DNA of 64,000 nt, taken from Ascoidea asiatica JCM 7603 (lineage: Eukaryota > Fungi > Ascomycota). The notes below the pieces were generated by a model. That model was not told the origin of the DNA, did no database searches, and worked only from the letters and a program-made list of their open reading frames with translations. Of the stretch, positions 34,601-45,000 are shown one piece after another; the first letter of the stretch is position 1, and the number at the start of each line of letters is the position of its first letter. The position numbers and the translations under genes are program-made. The stretch is taken from positions 132,527 to 196,526 of the forward strand of contig BCKQ01000015.1 in the NCBI GenBank assembly GCA_001600695.1, written 5' to 3'.

Positions 34601-35723
34601 ATTTCGTTGTTTTTTTGGAGTTTCTCTGAATTAACAGTATGATCTTGCAACAGAAATGTATGATCTTGCAACAGAAATGCTTTCAATAAAAATTTTCTTT
34701 GTTTCAAATTCCTTACAAATGTTTCAATGCTTCAATGCTTCAATGCTTCAATGTTTAGAAAAGATTCCGCTCCGTGTCAGGATTATACTTTTCTAAATAT
34801 CCGTAGTTGTTTCCGGGTGATTTCTTTTTATGTTTGGAACAGAATTAAAATGTTAATGAATTTAAACATTTTTAGATTTTTAGTTTTTTAAAATCATCAA
34901 AAGAAACAAGAAACTAAAAAAGTTTGAATCATGATTATAATTATAATTGACAATCATATTTATATTTCATTGTATTAAAACTTAAGTTTTTTCAATGATT
35001 TGGTAATCCTACTTTTATTTTAAAATATAATATTCATAAACATCTATGTTAAAAAGTATTTTGTGAAAAGGAAATTTAATTAATTTATCTTATAAAATTG
35101 AAAACAATATATAATAAGTTATCAAAACTGTGATTATTGTGATTATTGTTACTATTGTTATGATTATTCTAATTAACTTTTGAGAAAAAAAAAGGAGAGA
35201 AGTGAAAATTGATACTTGTAGCTTTGGTATTAGTGATAATTTTGTTTATCAACATCTTACTGAAAATAATGATAAAATTATTAGAACTTAAGTTATTATT
35301 ATCACCAAAAAAAGGTTGCATGAATTCTTTAATTCCATCTCTTTGATGTTTAATCTCAAGAGTTTAGATTAATGTTTTCTTCTCAAAAATCATTGATATT
35401 TTTTTTTTGCTTCTTTGAAATATTCTTTTCTCATAAATTTTATATTCTCTCAAGTGCTATTCATTTCATCTTATCTCATCTCATATATTTTATTCATATT
35501 TGAATTCTGTTAAAAAAAATCTTTAAAACGATAAGAAGAAAATCGATTTACAAATATTGCTATTAATTTAAAAAGAAAATAAAAACAGTTTATGTGATCT
35601 TTTGCTTTAATCTGTTTTATCTGCTTTATCCTTTAATTTATCTTATATCATTTGACTATATTCTATTTTGTTTATCACTTTATTTTTGTTTTTTTCTGAA
35701 TTATGGTACAAATTTAAGAATAT

Positions 35724-35909
35724 GTGAAATTTTTGAATGAAAAACTAGAGATAATTAAACAATTTACTCTTAGATCTATTATTGTTGGTTTAATTATTGG
35801 TTCTGTTGTTATAATTTCAATTTTTTTAATTTTTTTCACTGATGTTGAGAATGTATTTGTACAAAGTGTTGCAGTTGCAGTGGGTACTAGTCCTATAGCC
35901 TATGGTTAA
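35724..35909 (+). pseudogene. Oligopeptide transporter (OPT, YGL114W-like) gene fragment
   Basis: QFTLRSIIVGLIIGSVVIIS is joined by an internal deletion to FTDVENVFVQSVAVAVGTSPIAYG*. Confidence 0.75.
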
Positions 35910-36489
35910 AAACATTAAATACCTATGTTTTTACAATTTCTTGTTAACTTTCTGTTGTTACTTATCTCAAACAATCTAATTTACCAGATAATTCACTTAT
36001 TTTTCTTACTAATCTGGGAATATACTGTATTTCAATTATTTATACTAATAGAAAACAAATTTCTATTTTTGCCACTTATAGTTTAGTTTAAGAAAATTTA
36101 ACTAAATTAATTTATGTCAAAATTTATTTATTATATTTACTGGTGATGTATTAATAATTGTACCAAAGTTATGTTTTATTTTTGATATATCAATTATCTC
36201 TTACATTAATTCAAATTTTTCTCAATTTAAAACAATTAAATTTGAAAATAAAAATCATCAGAAGCCTACTTTCTATTACATAACATTTTTATACATTATC
36301 AATAAACAACTATTTTTACCTTTGAGACACACCATTGAATAAATTTTGAAATGGAAAAATTATTTCAATACTTCATGATTAAACAAGTTCTAATTCTAGT
36401 TCCAACTCCAATTATATAATTCAAACACTGAGTAATGTTTTGTTATAATAGCAAAATTTGACAAAGGAACAGCAAAAAAAAAATAAACA

Positions 36490-36513
36490 TGCTAATTCTG
36501 TGGATCGAACACA

Positions 36514-36546
<33 letters not shown>

Positions 36547-36562
36547 GCTGAGCTAAATCAGC
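36490..36562 (-). tRNA. tRNA-Phe(GAA), intronless
   Basis: Identical to the 29667 copy. Confidence 0.97.
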
Positions 36563-36684
36563 AAAATATGCTTAGTTGATTTTATCTCTGGAACACCAGC
36601 AAAACATTAGTAGCAAGACACGTGATAGGTTTAGTAACATCTCGTGACAACCTTTAAACACAACCAAACAGAATTATAAGGTTT

Positions 36685-36756
36685 TCCGATATAGTGTAAC
36701 GGTGATCATACCTCGCTTTCACCGAGGAGACCCGGGTTCGACTCCCGGTATCGGAA
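36685..36756 (+). tRNA. tRNA-Glu(TTC)
   Basis: Identical to the other copies. Confidence 0.97.
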
Positions 36757-36888
36757 CACTAATTACTATTCAGAAGGTTTACTTTTTTTTTCCCTGTTCT
36801 AACTGTTTGTCCTGAAATTTTATACTTTTTACCCTAACCAACTTAGATAATAATTAAAAATAATAAAAAATAAAACTAAAAAAAAGAA

Positions 36889-36982
36889 CTCCTCATTAGG
36901 GGCTCGAACCCTAGACATTTCGGTTGCTCGAAATTAACAAATCCCTAAAAGCCGAACGCTCTACCAACTGAGCTAATGGGGA
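36889..36982 (-). tRNA. tRNA-Lys(TTT) with intron
   Basis: Identical to the other copies. Confidence 0.96.
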
Positions 36983-38060
36983 TGAGTCCTGTTTATTGGG
37001 TCTCCTTGAAATTTCTGTTTTTAAAAAAAGGGTCCTCTTCTGTTTCTATTTCTTTTAATGGTTTATTGTCTTGAATTTATTGTTTAATTCTTTTCTTTTC
37101 TTTTTTTTTTGAGATTAAATGAAGTATTTTGAATTTATTTTTTATTAAATTCCTTTAATTTTATTAATCTACAATTTCAATAATAAGAACTGTATGCTTC
37201 CAGTAATGTTCTTTTCTATTCTTCCGTGAAAACAAAGAAAAGAATTCAAGAATAATAAATAAAGAATTCATTATAGTATTTAATCTGTATTCTTTTCTAG
37301 AAACATTATTTTTTCTTTTTTTTGTCAAAAGTTTTTAAATTTTGAATCTCATTAATTAAAAACCTTTGTTACTATACTTTTTTGTGAATATGTTTTTGAT
37401 AAAACATTTAAAAATTTGAACAATTAACTCTCATAGAACTTTTTCATAGCCTACTAACTAGAATAATAAGTTCAATTTTAAATTCTAAATTCCATTGTTT
37501 TATTATTATTATTCCAATTCATTGGGAAAAATTCTATTTTAAAACAAAAATTTTAATTTATGTGAATACACTGAACTTGGAAAACCTGTTTTAAGAAGAA
37601 ATACTATTACAACTCAACTGCTAGATAAATATATTGCTGTACAGACTTATTTACTCAGGTACCAGAACATTTTTATCTTTTCAATTTCATTAAAAATAGT
37701 TTTTCAAAATGTTTTTTTGAAAACTTTTTTTTATTTGAATTCTTTAAATAAATATCAAAAACTAAATATATGAATATCTCAATATTTCCAACATTTTAAA
37801 TTTTTATCTTTTCATCACTTATCAGTAATTACTTATTGTTCGCTTTTTTTATAAATTACTAATTAAACTTATTAATTGATTATTATCAATAATTAAAATA
37901 TAACTATTACTAGTAAAAATTAATAAATCCATTCACTCTTTTATAACATTTCAATTCCATATATCAATTTTTCTTTTATTAAAAACTAAAAGTGAATAAA
38001 TCTTTTTAGAACTAAAACAAAAATTTCAATACTTTTTTATTATAATTTTAAATTTCAAAA

Positions 38061-38630
38061 ATGTTTTCTTTAAAAATATTTTTATTAATTAATTGTTTAT
38101 TATTATTTTCTAATGCTTCTATTCTTTATTCAAGATCAGTAACTACTGTGACAACAAATTCCAACAATGATATAGTAAATGCAATTGTAGCTGCTTTACT
38201 TGATGTATCTTCATCAACTAATACAATAACTGATAATAAATCAAGCTCTTCAAATTCAGATTCAACAACAACAACAACAATAACAAATGATGATTTATAT
38301 GTAGCTGATTATTTTACAAGCACACGAACAAGCACAAGTACCAGTACTAGTACCAGTACAAGTACAGGTACAAGCACATCCATAAGTACAATCTTAACTC
38401 CAATTTATTACACCAATTCATCTTTAAACACAAGTTATAATTATACTTCTTTAGATCTTAGTTTAGGAAATTTTTCATCCATATCTGTTCTGGATTTAAC
38501 AAATGCTATTAATATCATTTATGAAGTTTCTTCTGCTGTAGCTATTGCTTCTTCAAAAACAAAAGTTAAAACCTCTGCTTCTAATGTTTCTGATTTTGCA
38601 AGCTCTCTTAAAAATTTATTAAAAAAATAA
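38061..38630 (+). CDS. Small secreted Ser/Thr-rich protein (orphan, possibly cell wall)
   Basis: Hydrophobic signal peptide MFSLKIFLLINCLLLFSNA; TS repeats; N-glycosylation sequons. Confidence 0.7.
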   Translation: MFSLKIFLLINCLLLFSNASILYSRSVTTVTTNSNNDIVNAIVAALLDVSSSTNTITDNKSSSSNSDSTTTTTITNDDLYVADYFTSTRTSTSTSTSTSTSTGTSTSISTILTPIYYTNSSLNTSYNYTSLDLSLGNFSSISVLDLTNAINIIYEVSSAVAIASSKTKVKTSASNVSDFASSLKNLLKK

Positions 38631-40009
38631 GTGTTGCAATAACTAAAACCTATGCCTAAAATTGGATTTTCGTTTTTCACTTTTTCCTTTTGTTTCTCTT
38701 TCTATTTCTATTTCTATTTCTCTTTTTTATTTTTTTTGTTTTTTTTGTTTTTTTGTTTTATTTTTATGAATTTTTCATTATTTTTCTATTCAATAATATT
38801 AATTTACATTTCATTTTTTGTGAGTAATTTATAATTACCAATTTTCTTTTCATTTGAATTTTGATTCAATATTTATTTATCATTTCTACTATATTAAATA
38901 CAAGCTTAACTTTAAAAACAAACAAAACTAAAAAAATAAAAATTATCGAATGTCCTCTGTAGTATGAAAAACATCTTTAGCCTAATCTGGTTAAACATTA
39001 TTATAAAATACTAAGTTCTAAACAAAAGAAAGTTGTAAGATATTTTTTAAAAGTAAAAATTTATCCAAAGTAATTTTGTAAGACAATATATTCCTGAAAA
39101 ATATTTGTTCATAAATATTTTCCATATTGAGTTTTATTTCAATAATTTTCCAACAACTAATAAATTGTGATTTCATCATTCAATTTAGATGAGTGGATTC
39201 TGTATCTCAAATGTTACTTGCCTTAAAGAAAAGAAAAATAAACCTTTAAACTTTTGGAGTATCGGTAAAGCACTTTAATTCAAATACAGACATTTTGGGA
39301 TATTCGAATTTAATTGTAAAATATATGAACATATATTCAAACAGATTTATAACAATAATTATAAACATCCTAGATAAGTTTCTTTATGTAGAAACAGAAA
39401 AACAAAATTTTAATTTCTTTCAATTTAAGACAGAAGAAATTTCTTCAATTTTAAATTAATATTGTCTATAGCTTCACATGGATTAGAAGGTTTCCTTAAA
39501 GTTTTGTATTTGTCAAATATGTTAAAAGTTGGTAAGAGTTCTGGAGTTTGAAAGATAATAATTTCAATCATTGATTCTAATCACTTATTTATTCGAATCA
39601 TTGATTTAAATCAAGTGAGTTTGAGATAAGAATATTTTCTAAAGTGATGAAGTAATAATTTATTTTCTTAGTAAAAAAATTATTCTCAGTACATTAAAAG
39701 AATATACTGTATGTTTCGATACTTTCCAATGGGTTTTCTAGTTGAATTGATTAGATTAAATTCAATACATTGTATTTTGTTAGTGAGTCATTAAAATTGA
39801 CTTCGGATTAAAAATAATTAAATAATAAATTTTGGTGGCGAATTAATTTGAATTAGAAGATAGATAAAAGAAAAACATGATTTTCTTGAAGATATAAAAA
39901 GGCAAGGAGAGTTAAAAATTTTAGTGTTTCAAAATTAATTTTTTTTATTTTTTTCATTTTCCAAGCAAAGAACATTGATTAAATTCAAGATATTATTGAA
40001 ATAAAAAAG

Positions 40010-40915
40010 ATGAACCAAGATTTTTATGGTAATAGTTATAAACCAGTAGGATATTTAGGCTCAGGACTGAACTATAATAATAAATTAATCAAAAATGGAA
40101 ATCCAAATTCAAAATATCTTACATCAGCCAATATTGCACCGGAATCTAATCATAATAATCAGTTAGTTCAAAGAAATAATAGTTATTATAACCAATTAGC
40201 TCAAATGAATAGTAATAGTAATACTGGTAATAATAATAATCATACTCATCATCATGAACATAAACATAAACATAAATCATCAAGGTTCAGTTCAATGATC
40301 TCTAGAAGATCATCTTCTTCAACTGGTCAATATAGTTATTATAAGGAAGAATTCAGTTATTCAAATGGATCAAATCAAATGGGTGGGAAATATTTAAAAT
40401 ATCAAACCCAATCAAATGGTTCAGCACCTGTTGTGTATGAAAGAAAAGCATTTTATAAAGGAAATCCAAATTGTAATTCAAATCCAAATCCAAATCCATA
40501 TCCAAATCCATATCCAAATCCAAATCCAAATCCAAATCCAAATCCAAATACTAGTAGATCTATATTCAATAACAGTCTAATTAAAAGTAAAAGAAAAGAT
40601 AGAACTAACGATAGAAATAATTACTCAAATTACAATAATCATGGTTCAAATTCAAGAGAAATGAATTCTAAGTATAATAATGAATATACAGAAGGAAGTG
40701 ACAGTGATAGTGATAGTGGTAGTGAAAATGAGGAAGAAAAAGTAAATAACTTTAATCAGTATAAGAATTTAAACTCAAACCAATTAATTAGCCAAAGACA
40801 ACTGATGAATCAAACTCAACCTTTTTTCACTAATCCAAATATTTACAATGATCCATTTTTTAGATCAGAATTTTTCGGAAATAGCAATTCATTTTTTGGA
40901 AATTCACAGTACTGA
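40010..40915 (+). CDS. Asn-rich low-complexity orphan protein with (NP)n and His/Lys repeats
   Basis: 301-aa ORF in aaaaagATG context; no recognisable domain. Confidence 0.6.
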   Translation: MNQDFYGNSYKPVGYLGSGLNYNNKLIKNGNPNSKYLTSANIAPESNHNNQLVQRNNSYYNQLAQMNSNSNTGNNNNHTHHHEHKHKHKSSRFSSMISRRSSSSTGQYSYYKEEFSYSNGSNQMGGKYLKYQTQSNGSAPVVYERKAFYKGNPNCNSNPNPNPYPNPYPNPNPNPNPNPNTSRSIFNNSLIKSKRKDRTNDRNNYSNYNNHGSNSREMNSKYNNEYTEGSDSDSDSGSENEEEKVNNFNQYKNLNSNQLISQRQLMNQTQPFFTNPNIYNDPFFRSEFFGNSNSFFGNSQY

Positions 40916-41030
40916 AAATAAATTTAAATTCCTATACGATTAATCAACCTATAATATATATAATAAAATACAAATTATTTTACATTTTGAAACTTTTAAT
41001 AATTAATCTTCAAGAATACTTAAATGAAAT

Positions 41031-41707
41031 TGTTGATCCTAATTTTACCGAGATAAATTAAAGTTAATCTACGTAACACCGGTCGATTGTTTAAAAAGCA
41101 CCGTGGTTTATCTACGTAACACCAGTTTCTTTAATCAAGAAAACTAGTCACGTTATTTCCCGTTAAGAGCAAAGTATTTTTTCTACCGTCCCACTGGATT
41201 CCCGATTATGATTGTTAATCATTTTATTCTTTTATTGGAATTGTCTTCGAATATTCTAGGCTATTCTTAGACTTTCTAAGATTGCATAGATTGTTTTACG
41301 ACTACATTCTATTGCGTTCTCAGAACTTCCGTGTGCATGTTAAATGTACTAAAACGTTCTGGGTCTGCATTATTTATTCTTACTTCGAAGGTCTGCGTGC
41401 ATCTCGAATGAACTGGAATCTTCGTGGTTGTTCTCAGAATGATGTAGTGTCTTCTAGAACAATACTTTATTTTATTTCTTTTCTTAAGTATGGGAAGTGA
41501 ACTTTCACATACTAAATTTACAAATTTATTCTTAAGATGGGTTACCCGCTCCTATTTTCCACTAATATAAATAGGGCACTTACCTCCCACATTTTTGATA
41601 TAATTTTTATATATTTTATATTTTCATTAACAATTGTTTATAATTTGAATTAGATATCCTCTTGGTAATAATTAGATATTTCGTTCAAACTACATTCAAT
41701 TACAACA
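41031..41707 (+). mobile_element. Solo LTR-like element (TGTTG...CAACA)
   Basis: Terminal TGTTG/CAACA. 41209-41705 is repeated directly at 51981-52475. Internal TTACCCG (Reb1-like) and TATAAATA. No TSD seen. Confidence 0.6.
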
Positions 41708-42086
41708 ACGCCACTACCCTAACTTTACGGAAAACACTCGGTGTTCCCAAACTCAAAACCTCCCTTGTTTCCAATCCGACCATCCTATTTAAAAACATTT
41801 TATCTCCTAAACCGTGAAATGTGTTCCACTCAGATTTTTACAAAAATTACAAAAGTTTTGTTCTCTTATTGAAGGGCGGTAAACATGCAATCCCTTTTTA
41901 CCAATGGAACAAAATAATCGACGACTATGCCTTTTTTTTGTTAACAAACAATTAAACAAACACAAATCTCGTGACTATAAAACAAACACTTTCACAAATG
42001 TGGTCTCCAATGACCAACCAAAATATGTCATATGATACGTTTATGTGTATATCGCATGAAGATGCTCTGCCAACGCATTAACAAAA

Positions 42087-45000
42087 TGTATTAGATAAGT
42101 CTATCTAGATGATATTTAATATTGTAAAAATACTGATTGAAGCTATATATTTTGAATTACTTCATGCTTAGCATTGACATTAAGTTTGATAATTAAGGGA
42201 TTACTGACTTATATAAATGGGATAAATCCTACGAATTGATTGGTAATGACACCTACGGCAGATTGATCAATTAGTGTTTATTACACCATCCTTCTCTTCA
42301 CAAGCGGCATCGAAGACGTTTGGAATTGATAAAATAAAAGTTGAATTTTAATGATGGAATCATTTTGTTAAAAATATTGAATTGATTGAAATTCTTGAAA
42401 ATGGAATTTTATAATATTATATCAGTGACGTTATTGAATTAGTTTTTAAATTGAGTTGCTCTAAACTTTTATTTTCTTCTCTCTGATGTGATTCATTGAA
42501 TATTAGATTACTTTTTTGTTTGATTCTTTAACTATTCTACGTGTCTGTAATGCCATTATTGTCTTATAGTATTATTATATAATTATTTAGTTTCCTTTTT
42601 TTCTTAGTTTCCTATTATATTATTATATTATCACATTATTATATTGTTATATCATTATATTATTATATTATTATACTGCTTTATTATTAAATTATTATAG
42701 GATTATATGATTATATTGATATATTATTATACTGTTATTTTATTATATTATTAACTGATTATATTCTTCTATGATTATATGATTAATTGATTATATTATT
42801 ATATGATTATATTATTATACTATTGATTGAATAACTATCCAAATGATAGATTTGTATGAAAACAGAAAACGTAATTTCTATAATAGTAGTGATAAAAATT
42901 GCTTGGTAGTTAAAAAATAAAACACCATAGTAAAGTCACGAGGTTTACGATTTCTGATTTTCAATTTTAGAAAATCACGTGTTAACATTATATGAATTTG
43001 CTAACAAAATTTCGAAAAATGAGAATTTGATTAACAAAATTGAATAAAAATTTGAAATTAAATAAAATTGAATTGATAAAAACTACGATAAAAAAATAAA
43101 ATAAAAAGGTGGAATAAAAAGAATAACTCTGGAATGATCATTAGCTTTTGTTGATTAAGCTAATCTAGTTATTTTATAAAAATAGTGTGTATAAAACTTT
43201 TTATGATTGAAAATGATTTACTAACTTTTTATTTGAAAATTATTTGTGAATTTTATAAGTTTTTTAAGTAATATACTAAGGGAAATATAATGAATAGGTT
43301 CATTATGATGGTGAATTAATGGGAAATTGAAAGATACTATTATTTATGAAAAATGAGTTGAATAATGTGAAAATTTTTGATGTTGAATAAATTGTCTTTT
43401 TTTTTTGATATACTTATTTGTTCTTTAATAATTGTTGAAATTTTGAATAATTAAATAAATTTTAAATGTTATTATTAATTCCTTCCTCCCTCTTCTGAAA
43501 ATTGATTTAATTCTTTAAATCTTTGTAATAATGATTATTGTAATTTTACTGGAATACATTTGAAAATTTTTTCAGTTATTATTACTGTAGTTTTGGGATT
43601 ACAGTCTTTGTAATTAACTTCATATGTTTTAGTATTATGATGATATGTTTAAATATCCAATATTTGATTTATTTCATTTGCTCGTAATTGTTGTTGAATA
43701 AAATTTGATGGGACTTTTTTTGGATATTGTGAAAAATGATAATCTTTTAAGTAAATAATATTGAAAGTTTGATGAATTTTTTCCAAACTAATTGGTAATT
43801 CTAATGTATATGAATTATCATTATATTTTTTAATTACTTTGAAAGGACCTTTGAATATTGAATGGTCTTTATTTGAATAATTGGTAAATCCTTTTTTATG
43901 AACTAATACAAATTGTCCAATTTTAACTGATCTTTTTTCATGATTTTAATTATAAAATTTTTGTTTATTTAATTGATGATCTGTAGCTTGATTTTGAATA
44001 TATTTTAAAAATTGTTTTTGATTTTCCGCAAAAGCAGTTGCTATTGGATTAATATTTGATAACTTTGATTCTTCTATTAATAATGTTGGATTAAAACCTA
44101 AATCCATTTCATATCTGGTTCAACCTGTTGATTCTACTATTTGTGAATTGTTATCATATTCTAAAATACCTAAATAAAAAGGCCAATTATTTAAATCGAA
44201 TGATGATAAATTTCTTATTTGATTTCTAATTAATTTATTTGTTATTTCTGATAATCCATCAGTTCCTGGATGATTAGTTGTTGACATTGATATTTTAACT
44301 TTGAAATGATTCATAATTGTTTTCCAAAATGAAGATACGAATAATCTATCTCTATCTGAAATTATTTTTCTTGGTAAACAATGAAGTGGTAAATAATTTG
44401 AAATAAATAATTTTGCTAATTATTCTGCTGTGATTGTTTTAGTAACTGAAAATAATCTTGTTCTTTTTGTTAATTTATCGACTATTACCCAAATTGAATT
44501 TTTTGAACCTGATTCATTTGATGATTTTGAAATAGTAAGGAAATCCATGGTAATTACTTCAAAGTTTTTTTGGTGGTGGATTAATTGAAATTAAATTTCC
44601 ATTTTTTAGAATTGAATCTTTATTCTTTCGACATTGATAACAAAATTGAATATGTTTTTTAATTTTTTCTTTTAATTTAGGAATATAAAATGATCTATTA
44701 ATGAGAATATAAGTTCCTAAAATTCCTGGATGTCCATGATTTGAATGAAAATGTGATAAAACTTGAAATCATGATTTTTCTGGAACACAAATTCTGAAAT
44801 TTTCTGAATTATTAGTATTATTATAATACAAATTATTATTTTCTAATTTGAAATCTTTGATGTGAAATTTGAATTTATTTGAAATAATGAATTGTTTTCC
44901 TTTATTATATGATTCTGAATTTGGATTATTTTCTTTTAAATATTTATAAATTTCTGAAAAGTAAAGATCTGTTGAATAATGATCTGAAATTTATTCTAAG

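Larger units (their letters stand above)
36490..37067. repeat. Right arm of ~578-bp inverted repeat
   Basis: Reverse complement of 29163-29739. Confidence 0.95.
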
